From assembly GCA_964057225.1 (NCBI GenBank), contig OZ059900.1:7502001-7566000 (forward strand): a stretch of 64,000 bases of DNA, given 5' to 3'. Positions within the stretch are counted from its first letter, which is position 1, and every line of letters begins with the position of its first letter. Positions 27,201 to 41,400 of this stretch are shown piece after piece. A program made the translations under genes and the position numbers. This stretch comes from Auanema rhodensis. Lineage: Eukaryota; Animalia; Nematoda. The notes beneath the pieces were generated by a model. The model did not search any database, was not told where the DNA came from, and saw nothing but the letters and a program-made list of their open reading frames with translations.

Positions 27201-30200
27201 TCAAGAATTATTGGTTTTTTGGGGTTTGAAGGGCATTTTGGCAAAATCAGTCAAACTTTTGATCTTAAGCATATTTTTTTCTTCTAAAACGACTAAATGT
27301 ATAAAATACTGTCATAGAATGTTCATATAGGTGTATTTTGCACGAATATCAAAACTGATTGAAATATGGGCCTTTTTATGCTCAAAACGCCATATATTCA
27401 ACGATTTTGGGTACAAAACATGTGAAAACTATATGTTTTGATCAGACCCTTTGAGATATGGATTTGAAATTCAGGATTCATAAACTTTGACTATTTTTAC
27501 ATATATATGTTCAATTGTAACCACTTTGGTCAAAAAGGACCGAAAATATCAAGAATTATTGGTTTTTTGGGGTTTGAAGGGCATTTTGGCTAAATCATTC
27601 AAACTTTTGATCTTAAGCATATTTTTTTCTTCTAAAACGACTAAATGTATGAAATACTGTCATAGATTGTTCATATAGGTGTATTTTGCACGAATATCAA
27701 AACTGATTGAAATATGGGCCTTTTTATGCTCCAAACGCCATATATTCAACGATTTTGGGTACAAAACATGTGAAAACTGTATGTTTTGATCAGACCCTTT
27801 GAGATATGGATTTGAAATTCAGGATTTATAAACTTTGACTATTTTTACATATATATGTCCAATTTTAACCACTTTGGTCAAAAAGGACCGAAAATAGCAA
27901 GAATTATTGGTTTTTTGGGGTTTAAAGGCCATTTTGGCTAAATCAGTCAAACTTTTGATCTTAAGCATATTTTTTTCTTCTAAAACGACTAAATGTATGA
28001 AATACTGTCATAGAATGTTCATATAGGTGTATTTTGCACGAATATCAAAACTGATTGAAATATGGGCCTTTTTATGCTCAAAACGCCATATATTCAACGA
28101 TTTTGGGTACAAAACATGTGAAAACTGTATGTTTTGATCAGACCCTTTGAGATATGGATTTGAAATTCAGGATTCATAAACTTCGACTATTTCTACATAT
28201 ATATGTTCAATTTTAACCACTTTGGTCAAAAAGGACCGAAAATATCAAGAATTATTGGTTTTTTGGGGTTTGAAGGGCATTTTGGCTAAATCAGTCAAAC
28301 TTTTGATCTTAAGCATATTTTTTTCTTCTAAAACGACTAAATGTATGAAATACTGTCAAAGAATGTTCATATAGGTGTATTTTGCACGAATATCAAAACT
28401 GATTGAAATATGGGCCTTTTTATGCTCAAAACGCCATATATTCAACGATTTTGGGTACAAAACATGTGAAAACTGTATGTTTTGATCAGACCCTTTGAGA
28501 TATGGATTTAAAATTCAGGATTCATAAAATTCGACTATTTTTACATATATATGTCCAATTTTAACCACTTTGGTCAAAAAGGACCGAAAATATCAAGAAT
28601 TATTGGTTTTTTGGGGTTTGAAGGGCATTTTGGCAAAATCAGTCAAACTTTTGATCTTAAGCATATTTTTTTCTTCTAAAACGACTAAATGTATGAAATA
28701 CTGTCATAGAATGTTCATATAGGTGTATTTTGCACGAATATCAAAACTGATTGAAATATGGGCCTTTTTATGCTCAAAACGCCATATATTCAACGATTTT
28801 GGGTACAAAACATGTGAAAACTGTATGTTTTGATCAGACCCTTTGAGATATGGATTTGAAATTCAGGATTCATAAACTTTGACTATTTTTACATATATAT
28901 GTTCAATTTTAACCACTTTGGTCAAAAAGGACCGAAAATATCAAGAATTATTGGTTTTTTGGGGTTTGAAGGGCATTTTGGCAAAATCAGTCAAACTTTT
29001 GATCTTAAGCATATTTTTTTCTTCTAAAACGACTAAATGTATGAAATACTGTCAAAGAATGTTCATATAGGTGTATTTTGCACGAATATCAAAACTGATT
29101 GAAATATGGGCCTTTTTATGCTCAAAACGCCATATATTCAACGATTTTGGGTACAAAACATGTGAAAACTGTATGTTTTGATCAGACCCTTTGAGATATG
29201 GATTTGAAATTCAGGATTCATAAACTTTGACTATTTTCACATATATATGTCCAATTTTAACCACTTTAGTCAAAAAGGACCGAAAATATCAAGAATTATT
29301 GGTTTTTTGGGGTTTGAAGGGCATTTTGGCAAAATCAGTCAAACTTTTGATCTTAAGCATATTTTTTTCTTCTAAAACGACTAAATGTATGAAATACTGT
29401 CATAGAATGTTCATATAGGTGTATTTTGCACGAATATCAAAACTGATTGAAATATGGGCCTTTTTATGCTCAAAACGCCATATATTCAACGATTTTGGGT
29501 ACAAAACATGTGAAAACTGTATGTTTTGATCAGACCCTTTGAGATATGGATTTGAAATTCAGGATTCATAAACTTCGACTATTTCTACATATATATGTCC
29601 AATTTTAACCACTTTGGTCAAAAAGGACCGAAAATATCAAGAATTATTGGTTTTTTGGGGTTTGAAGGGCATTTTGGCAAAATCAGTCAAACTTTTGATC
29701 TTAAGCATATTTTTTTCTTCTAAAACGACTAAATGTATGAAATACTGTCAAAGAATGTTCATATAGGTGTATTTTGCACGAATATCAAAACTGATTGAAA
29801 TATGGGCCTTTTTATGCTCAAAACGCCATATATTCAACGATTTTGGGTACAAAACATGTGAAAACTGTATGTTTTGATCAGACCCTTTGAGATATGGATT
29901 TAAAATTCAGGATTCATAAAATTCGACTATTTTTACATATATATGTCCAATTTTAACCACTTTGGTCAAAAAGGACCGAAAATATCAAGAATTATTGGTT
30001 TTTTGGGGTTTGAAGGGCATTTTGGCAAAATCAGTCAAACTTTTGATCTTAAGCATATTTTTTTCTTCTAAAACGACTAAATGTATGAAATACTGTCATA
30101 GAATGTTCATATAGGTGTATTTTGCACGAATATCAAAACTGATTGAAATATGGGCCTTTTTATGCTCAAAACGCCATATATTCAACGATTTTGGGTACAA

Positions 30201-33200
30201 AACATGTGAAAACTGTATGTTTTGATCAGACCCTTTGAGATATGGATTTGAAATTCAGGATTCATAAACTTCGACTATTTCTACATATATATGTCCAATT
30301 TTAACCACTTTGGTCAAAAAGGACCGAAAATATCAAGAATTATTGGTTTTTTGGGGTTTGAAGGGCATTTTGGCTAAATCAGTCAAACTTTTGATCTTAA
30401 GCATATTTTTTTCTTCTAAAACGACTAAATGTATGAAATACTGTCAAAGAATGTTCATATAGGTGTATTTTGCACGAATATCAAAACTGATTGAAATATG
30501 GGCCTTTTTATGCTCAAAACGCCATATATTCAACGATTTTGGGTACAAAACATGTGAAAACTGTATGTTTTGATCAGACCCTTTGAGATATGGATTTGAA
30601 ATTCAGGATTCATAAACTTTGACTATTTCTACATATATATGTCCAATTTTAACCACTTTGGTCAAAAAGGACCGAAAATATCAAGAATTATTGGTTTTTT
30701 GGGGTTTGAAGGGCATTTTGGCAAAATCAGTCAAACTTTTGATCTTAAGCATATTTTTTTCTTCTAAAACGACTAAATGTATGAAATACTGTCAAAGAAT
30801 GTTCATATAGGTGTATTTTGCACGAATATCAAAACTGATTGAAATATGGGCCTTTTTATGCTCAAAACGCCATATATTCAACGATTTTGGGTACAAAACA
30901 TGTGAAAACTGTATGTTTTGATCAGACCCTTTGAGATATGGATTTGAAATTCAGGATTCATAAACTTTGACTATTTTCACATATATATGTCCAATTTTAA
31001 CCACTTTAGTCAAAAAGGACCGAAAATATCAAGAATTATTGGTTTTTTGGGGTTTGAAGGGCATTTTGGCAAAATCAGTCAAACTTTTGATCTTAAGCAT
31101 ATTTTTTTCTTCTAAAACGACTAAATGTATGAAATACTGTCATAGAATGTTCATATAGGTGTATTTTGCACGAATATCAAAACTGATTGAAATATGGGCC
31201 TTTTTATGCACAAAACGCCATATATTCAACGATTTTGGGTACAATACATGTGAAAACTGTATGTTTTGATCAGACCCTTTGAGATATGGATTTGAAATTC
31301 AGGATTCATAAACTTCGACTATTTCTACATATATATGTCCAATTTTAACCACTTTGGTCAAAAAGGACCGAAAATATCAAGAATTATTGGTTTTTTGGGG
31401 TTTGAAGGGCATTTTGGCAAAATCAGTCAAACTTTTGATCTTAAGCATATTTTTTTCTTCTAAAACGACTAAATGTATGAAATACTGTCATAGAATGTTC
31501 ATATAGGTGTATTTTGCACGAATATCAAAACTGATTGAAATATGGGCCTTTTTATGCTCAAAACGCCATATATTCAACGATTTTGGGTACAAAACATGTG
31601 AAAACTGTATGTTTTGATCAGACCCTTTGAGATATGGATTTGAAATTCAGGATTCATAAACTTCGACTATTTCTACATATATATGTCCAATTTTAACCAC
31701 TTTGGTCAAAAAGGACCGAAAATATCAAGAATTATTGGTTTTTTGGGGTTTGAAGGGCATTTTGGCAAAATCAGTCAAACTTTTGATCTTAAGCATATTT
31801 TTTTCTTCTAAAACGACTAAATGTATGAAATACTGTCAAAGAATGTTCATATAGGTGTATTTTGCACGAATATCAAAACTGATTGAAATATGGGCCTTTT
31901 TATGCTCAAAACGCCATATATTCAACGATTTTGGGTACAAAACATGTGAAAACTGTATGTTTTGATCAGACCCTTTGAGATATGGATTTAAAATTCAGGA
32001 TTCATAAAATTCGACTATTTTTACATATATATGTCCAATTTTAACCACTTTGGTCAAAAAGGACCGAAAATATCAAGAATTATTGGTTTTTTGGGGTTTG
32101 AAGGGCATTTTGGCAAAATCAGTCAAACTTTTGATCTTAAGCATATTTTTTTCTTCTAAAACGACTAAATGTATGAAATACTGTCATAGAATGTTCATAT
32201 AGGTGTATTTTGCACGAATATCAAAACTGATTGAAATATGGGCCTTTTTATGCTCAAAACGCCATATATTCAACGATTTTGGGTACAAAACATGTGAAAA
32301 CTGTATGTTTTGATCAGACCCTTTGAGATATGGATTTAAAATTCAGGATTCATAAAATTCGACTATTTTTACATATATATGTCCAATTTTAACCACTTTG
32401 GTCAAAAAGGACCGAAAATATCAAGAATTATTGGTTTTTTGGGGTTTGAAGGGCATTTTGGCAAAATCAGTCAAACTTTTGATCTTAAGCATATTTTTTT
32501 CTTCTAAAACGACTAAATGTATGAAATACTGTCATAGAATGTTCATATAGGTGTATTTTGCACGAATATCAAAACTGATTGAAATATGGGCCTTTTTATG
32601 CTCAAAACGCCATATATTCAACGATTTTGGGTACAAAACATGTGAAAACTGTATGTTTTGATCAGACCCTTTGAGATATGGATTTGAAATTCAGGTTTCA
32701 TAAACTTTGACTATTTTTACATATATATGTTCAATTTTAACCACTTTGTTCAAAAAGGACCGAAAATATCAAGAATTATTGGTTTTTTGGGGTTTGAAGG
32801 GCATTTTGGCAAAATCAGTCAAACTTTTGATCTTAAGCATATTTTTTTCTTCTAAAACGACTAAATGTATGAAATACTGTCATAGAATGTTCATATAGGT
32901 GTATTTTGCACGAATATCAAAACTGATTGAAATATGGGCCTTTTTATGCTCAAAACGCCATATATTCAACGATTTTGGGTACAAAACATGTGAAAACTGT
33001 ATGTTTTGATCAGACCCTTTGAGATATGGATTTGAAATTCAGGATTCATAAACTTTGACTATTTCTACATATATATGTCCAATTTTAACCACTTTGGTCA
33101 AAAAGGACCGAAAATATCAAGAATTATTGGTTTTTTGGGGTTTGAAGGGCATTTTGGCAAAATCAGTCAAACTTTTGATCTTAAGCATATTTTTTTCTTC

Positions 33201-35492
33201 TAAAACGACTAAATGTATGAAATACTGTCAAAGAATGTTCATATAGGTGTATTTTGCACGAATATCAAAACTGATTGAAATATGGGCCTTTTTATGCTCA
33301 AAACGCCATATATTCAACGATTTTGGGTACAAAACATGTGAAAACTGTATGTTTTGATCAGACCCTTTGAGATATGGATTTAAAATTCAGGATTCATAAA
33401 ATTCGACTATTTTTACATATATATGTCCAATTTTAACCACTTTGGTCAAAAAGGACCGAAAATATCAAGAATTATTGGTTTTTTGGGGTTTGAAGGGCAT
33501 TTTGGCAAAATCAGTCAAACTTTTGATCTTAAGCATATTTTTTTCTTCTAAAACGACTAAATGTATGAAATACTGTCATAGAATGTTCATATAGGTGTAT
33601 TTTGCACGAATATCAAAACTGATTGAAATATGGGCCTTTTTATGCTGAAAACGCCATATATTCAACGATTTTGGGTACAAAACATGTGAAAACTGTATGT
33701 TTTGATCAGACCCTTTGAGATATGGATTTGAAATTCAGGATTCATAAACTTCGACTATTTCTACATACATATGTCCAATTTTAACCACTTTGGTCAAAAA
33801 GGACCGAAAATATCAAGAATTATTGGTTTTTTGGGGTTTGAAGGGCATTTTGGCTAAATCAGTCAAACTTTTGATCTTAAGCATATTTTTTTCTTCTAAA
33901 ACGACTAAATGTATGAAATACTGTCAAAGAATGTTCATATAGGTGTATTTTGCACGAATATCAAAACTGATTGAAATATGGGCCTTTTTATGCTCAAAAC
34001 GCCATATATTCAACGATTTTGAGTACAAAACATGTGAAAACTGTATGTTTTGATCAGACCCTTTGAGATATGGATTTGAAATTCAGGATTCATAAACTTC
34101 GACTATTTCTACATATATATGTTCAATTTTAACCACTTTGGTCAAAAAGGACCGAAAATATCAAGAATTATTGGTTTTTTGGGGTTTGAAGGCCATTTTG
34201 GCAAAATCAGTCAAACTTTTGATCTTAAGCATATTTTTTTCTTCTAAAACGACTAAATGTATGAAATACTGTCAAAGAATGTTCATATAGGTGTATTTTG
34301 CACGAATATCAAAACTGATTGAAATATGGGCCTTTTTATGCTCAAAACGCCATATATTCAACGATTTTGGGTACAAAACATGTGAAAACTGTATGTTTTG
34401 ATCAGACCCTTTGAGATATGGATTTGAAATTCAGGATTCATAAACTTTGACTATTTTTACATATATATGTCCAATTTTAACCACTTTGGTCAAAAAGGAC
34501 CGAAAATATCAAGAATTATTGGTTTTTTGGGGTTTGAAGGGCATTTTGGCAAAATCAGTCAAACTTTTGATCTTAAGCATATTTTTTTCTTCTAAAACGA
34601 CTAAATGTATGAAATACTGTCAAAGAATGTTCATATAGGTGTATTTTGCACGAATATCAAAACTGATTGAAATATGGGCCTTTTTATGCTCAAAACGCCA
34701 TATATTCAACGATTTTGGGTACAAAACATGTGAAAACTGTATGTTTTGATCAGACCCTTTGAGATATGGATTTGAAATTCAGGATTCATAAAATTCGACT
34801 ATTTTTACATATATATGTCCAATTTTAACCACTTTGGTCAAAAAGGACCGAAAATATCAAGAATTATTGGTTTTTTGGGGTTTGAAGGGCATTTTGGCAA
34901 AATCAGTCAAACTTTTGATCTTAAGCATATTTTTTTCTTCTAAAACGACTAAATGTATGAAATACTGTCATAGAATGTTCATATAGGTGTATTTTGCACG
35001 AATATCAAAACTGATTGAAATATGGGCCTTTTTATGCTCAAAACGCCATATATTCAACGATTTTGGGTACAAAACATGTGAAAACTGTATGTTTTGATCA
35101 GACCCTTTGAGATATGGATTTGAAATTCAGGATTCATAAACTTTGACTATTTTTACATATATATGTTCAATTTTAACCACTTTGGTCAAAAAGGACCGAA
35201 AATATCAAGAATTATTGGTTTTTTGGGGTTTGAAGGGCATTTTGGCAAAATCAGTCAAACTTTTGATCTTAAGCATATTTTTTTTTCTAAAACGACTTAA
35301 TGTATGAAATACTGTCATAGAATGTTCATATAGGTGTATTTTGCACGAATATCAAAACTGATTGAAATATGGGCCTTTTTATGCTCAAAACGCCATATAT
35401 TCAACGATTTTGGGTACAAAACATGTGAAAACTGTATGTTTTGATCAGACCCTTTGAGATATGGATTTGAAATTCAGGATTCATAAACTTCG

Positions 35493-38400
35493 ACTATTTC
35501 TACATATATATGTCCAATTTTAACCACTTTGGTCAAAAAGGACCGAAAATATCAAGAATTATTGGTTTTTTGGGGTTTGAAGGGCATTTTGGCAAAATCA
35601 GTCAAACTTTTGATCTTAAGCATATTTTTTTCTTCTAAAACGACTAAATGTATGAAATACTGTCAAAGAATGTTCATATAGGTGTATTTTGCACGAATAT
35701 CAAAACTGATTGAAATATGGGCCTTTTTATGCTCAAAACGCCATATATTCAACGATTTTGGGTACAAAACATGTGAAAACTGTATGTTTTGATCAGACCC
35801 TTTGAGATATGGATTTGAAATTCAGGATTCATAAACTTCGACTATTTCTACATATATATGTCCAATTTTAACCACTTTGGTCAAAAAGGACCGAAAATAT
35901 CAAGAATTATTGGTTTTTTGGGGTTTGAAGGGCATTTTGGCAAAATCAGTCAAACTTTTGATCTTAAGCATATTTTTTTCTTCTAAAACGACTAAATGTA
36001 TGAAATACTGTCAAAGAATGTTCATATAGGTGTATTTTGCACGAATATCAAAACTGATTGAAATATGGGCCTTTTTATGCTCAAAACGCCATATATTCAA
36101 CGATTTTGGGTACAAAACATGTGAAAACTGTATGTTTTGATCAGACCCTTTGAGATATGGATTTAAAATTCAGGATTCATAAAATTCGACTATTTTTACA
36201 TATATATGTCCAATTTTAACCACTTTGGTCAAAAAGGACCGAAAATATCAAGAATTATTGGTTTTTTGGGGTTTGAAGGGCATTTTGGCAAAATCAGTCA
36301 AACTTTTGATCTTAAGCATATTTTTTTCTTCTAAAACGACTAAATGTATGAAATACTGTCATAGAATGTTCATATAGGTGTATTTTGCACGAATATCAAA
36401 ACTGATTGAAATATGGGCCTTTTTATGCTCAAAACGCCATATATTCAACGATTTTGGGTACAAAACATGTGAAAACTGTATGTTTTGATCAGACCCTTTG
36501 AGATATGGATTTGAAATTCAGGATTCATAAACTTCGACTATTTCTACATATATATGTCCAATTTTAACCACTTTGGTCAAAAAGGACCGAAAATATCAAG
36601 AATTATTGGTTTTTTGGGGTTTGAAGGGCATTTTGGCAAAATCAGTCAAACTTTTGATCTTAAGCATATTTTTTTCTTCTAAAACGACTAAATGTATGAA
36701 ATACTGTCAAAGAATGTTCATATAGGTGTATTTTGCACGAATATCAAAACTGATTGAAATATGGGCCTTTTTATGCTCAAAACGCCATATATTCAACGAT
36801 TTTGGGTACAAAACATGTGAAAACTGTATGTTTTGATCAGACCCTTTGAGATATGGATTTGAAATTAGGGATTCATAAACTTCGACTATTTCTACATATA
36901 TATGTCCAATTTTAACCACTTTGGTCAAAAAGGACCGAAAATATCAAGAATTATTGGTTTTTTGGGGTTTGAAGGGCATTTTGGCAAAATCAGTCAAACT
37001 TTTGATCTTAAGCATATTTTTTTCTTCTAAAACGACTAAATGTATGAAATACTATCAAAGAATGTTCATATAGGTGTATTTTGCACGAATATCAAAACTG
37101 ATTGAAATATGGGCCTTTTTATGCTCAAAACGCCATATATTCAGCGATTTTGGGTACAAAACATGTGAAAACTGTATGTTTTGATCAGACCCTTTGAGAT
37201 ATGGATTTGAAATTCAGGATTCATAAACTTCGACTATTTCTACATATATATGTCCAATTTTAACCACTTTGGTCAAAAAGGACCGAAAATATCAAGAATT
37301 ATTGGTTTTTTGGGGTTTGAAGGGCATTTTGGCAAAATCAGTCAAACTTTTGATCTTAAGCATATTTTTTTCTTCTAAAACGACTAAATGTATGAAATAC
37401 TGTCAAAGAATGTTCATATAGGTGTATTTTGCACGAATATCAAAACTGATTGAAATATGGGCCTTTTTATGCTCAAAACGCCATATATTCAACGATTTTG
37501 GGTACAAAACATGTGAAAACTGTATGTTTTGATCAGACCCTTTGAGATATGGATTTAAAATTCAGGATTCATAAAATTCGACTATTTTTACATATATATG
37601 TCCAATTTTAACCACTTTGGTCAAAAAGGACCGAAAATATCAAGAATTATTGGTTTTTTGGGGTTTGAAGGGCATTTTGGCAAAATCAGTCAAACTTTTG
37701 ATCTTAAGCATATTTTTTTCTTCTAAAACGACTAAATGTATGAAATACTGTCAAAGAATGTTCATATAGGTGTATTTTGCACGAATATCAAAACTGATTG
37801 AAATATGGGCCTTTTTATGCTCAAAACGCCATATATTCAACGATTTTGGGTACAAAACATGTGAAAACTGTATGTTTTGATCAGACCCTTTGAGATATGG
37901 ATTTGAAATTAGGGATTCATAAACTTCGACTATTTCTACATATATATGTCCAATTTTAACCACTTTGGTCAAAAAGGACCGAAAATATCAAGAATTATTG
38001 GTTTTTTGGGGTTTGAAGGGCATTTTGGCAAAATCAGTCAAACTTTTGATCTTAAGCATATTTTTTTCTTCTAAAACGACTAAATGTATGAAATACTATC
38101 AAAGAATGTTCATATAGGTGTATTTTGCACGAATATCAAAACTGATTGAAATATGGGCCTTTTTATGCTCAAAACGCCATATATTCAGCGATTTTGGGTA
38201 CAAAACATGTGAAAACTGTATGTTTTGATCAGACCCTTTGAGATATGGATTTGAAATTCAGGATTCATAAACTTCGACTATTTCTACATATATATGTCCA
38301 ATTTTAACCACTTTGGTCAAAAAGGACCGAAAATATCAAGAATTATTGGTTTTTTGGGGTTTGAAGGGCATTTTGGCAAAATCAGTCAAACTTTTGATCT

Positions 38401-41400
38401 TAAGCATATTTTTTTCTTCTAAAACGACTAAATGTATGAAATACTGTCAAAGAATGTTCATATAGGTGTATTTTGCACGAATATCAAAACTGATTGAAAT
38501 ATGGGCCTTTTTATGCTCAAAACGCCATATATTCAACGATTTTGGGTACAAAACATGTGAAAACTGTATGTTTTGATCAGACCCTTTGAGATATGGATTT
38601 AAAATTCAGGATTCATAAAATTCGACTATTTTTACATATATATGTCCAATTTTAACCACTTTGGTCAAAAAGGACCGAAAATATCAAGAATTATTGGTTT
38701 TTTGGGGTTTGAAGGGCATTTAGGCAAAATCAGTCAAACTTTTGATCTTAAGCATATTTTTTTCTTCTAAAACGACTAAATGTATGAAATACTGTCATAG
38801 AATGTTCATATAGGTGTATTTTGCACGAATATCAAAACTGATTGAAATATGGGCCTTTTTATGCTCAAAACGCCATATATTCAACGATTTTGCGTACAAA
38901 ACATGTGAAAACTGTATGTTTTGATCAGACCCTTTGAGATATGGATTTGAAATTAGGGATTCATAAACTTCGACTATTTCTACATATATATGTCCAATTT
39001 TAACAACTTTGGTCAAAAAGGACCGAAAATATCAAGAATTATTGGTTTTTTGGGGTTTGAAGGGCATTTTGGCAAAATCAGTCAAACTTTTGATCTTAAG
39101 CATATTTTTTTCTTCTAAAACGACTAAATGTATGAAATACTATCAAAGAATGTTCATATAGGTGTATTTTGCACGAATATCAAAACTGATTGAAATATGG
39201 GCCTTTTTATGCTCAAAACGCCATATATTCAGCGATTTTGGGTACAAAACATGTGAAAACTGTATGTTTTGATCAGACCCTTTGAGATATGGATTTGAAA
39301 TTCAGGATTCATAAACTTCGACTATTTCTACATATATATGTCCAATTTTAACCACTTTGGTCAAAAAGGACCGAAAATATCAAGAATTATTGGTTTTTTG
39401 GGGTTTGAAGGGCATTTTGGCAAAATCAGTCAAACTTTTGATCTTAAGCATATTTTTTTCTTCTAAAACGACTAAATGTATGAAATACTGTCAAAGAATG
39501 TTCATATAGGTGTATTTTGCACGAATATCAAAACTGATTGAAATATGGGCCTTTTTATGCTCAAAACGCCATATATTCAACGATTTTGGGTACAAAACAT
39601 GTGAAAACTGTATGTTTTGATCAGACCCTTTGAGATATGGATTTAAAATTCAGGATTCATAAAATTCGACTATTTTTACATATATATGTCCAATTTTAAC
39701 CACTTTGGTCAAAAAGGACCGAAAATATCAAGAATTATTGGTTTTTTGGGGTTTGAAGGGCATTTTGGCAAAATCAGTCAAACTTTTGATCTTAAGCATA
39801 TTTTTTTCTTCTAAAACGACTAAATGTATGAAATACTATCAAAGAATGTTCATATAGGTGTATTTTGCATGAATATCAAAACTGATTGAAATATGGGCCT
39901 TTTTATGCTCAAAACGCCATATATTCAGCGATTTTGGGTACAAAACATGTGAAAACTGTATGTTTTGATCAGACCCTTTGAGATATGGATTTGAAATTCA
40001 GGATTCATAAACTTCGACTATTTCTACATATATATGTCCAATTTTAACCACTTTGGTCAAAAAGGACCGAAAATATCAAGAATTATTGGTTTTTTGGGGT
40101 TTGAAGGGCATTTTGGCAAAATCAGTCAAACTTTTGATCTTAAGCATATTTTTTTCTTCTAAAACGACTAAATGTAAGAAATACTGTCAAAGAATGTTCA
40201 TATAGGTGTATTTTGCACGAATATCAAAACTGATTGAAATATGGGCCTTTTTATGCTCAAAACGCCATATATTCAACGATTTTGGGTACAAAACATGTGA
40301 AAACTGTATGTTTTGATCAGACCCTTTGAGATATGGATTTAAAATTCAGGATTCATAAAATTCGACTATTTTTACATATATATGTCCAATTTTAACCACT
40401 TTGGTCAAAAAGGACCGAAAATATCAAGAATTATTGGTTTTTTGGGGTTTGAAGGGCATTTTGGCAAAATCAGTCAAACTTTTGATCTTAAGCATATTTT
40501 TTTCTTCTAAAACGACTAAATGTATGAAATACTGTCATAGAATGTTCATATAGGTGTATTTTGCACGAATATCAAAACTGATTGAAATATGGGCCTTTTT
40601 ATGCTCAAAACGCCATATATTCAACGATTTTGGGTACAAAACATGTGAAAACTGTATGTTTTGATCAGACCCTTTGAGATATGGATTTGAAATTCAGGAT
40701 TCATAAACTTCGACTATTTTTACATATATATGTCCAATTTTAACCACTTTGGTCAAAAAGGACCGAAAATATCAAGAATTATTGGTTTTTTGGGGTTTGA
40801 AGGGCATTTTGGCAAAATCAGTCAAACTTTTGATCTTAAGCATATTTTTTTCTTCTAAAACGACTAAATGTATGAAATACTGTCATAGAATGTTCATATA
40901 GGTGTATTTTGCACGAATATCAAAACTGATTGAAATATGGGCCTTTTTATGCTCAAAACGCCATATATTCAACGATTTTGCGTACAAAACATGTGAAAAC
41001 TGTATGTTTTGATCAGACCCTTTGAGATATGGATTTGAAATTAGGGATTCATAAACTTCGACTATTTCTACATATATATGTCCAATTTTAACCACTTTGG
41101 TCAAAAAGGACCGAAAATATCAAGAATTATTGGTTTTTTGGGGTTTGAAGGGCATTTTGGCAAAATCAGTCAAACTTTTGATCTTAAGCATATTTTTTTT
41201 TTCTAAAACGACTAAATGTATGAAATACTATCAAAGAATGTTCATATAGGTGTATTTTGCACGAATATCAAAACTGATTGAAATATGGGCCTTTTTATGC
41301 TCAAAACGCCATATATTCAGCGATTTTGGGTACAAAACATGTGAAAACTGTATGTTTTGATCAGACCCTTTGAGATATGGATTTGAAATTCAGGATTCAT

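Larger units (their letters stand above)
1..27837 (+). repeat. Subfamily domain A: mostly TTTG-junction monomers with long higher-order repeats
   Basis: Diagnostic variants restricted to this part include CAAGAAG (pos 45), ATTGTAA (28), GGCGTT (94), TCAATC (109), TATAAAAT (162), CACAAATTT (203/207), CATGAAC (341) and GTCGAAA (43). Twenty-five consecutive TTG junctions occur at 9741-18093. Confidence 0.85.
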
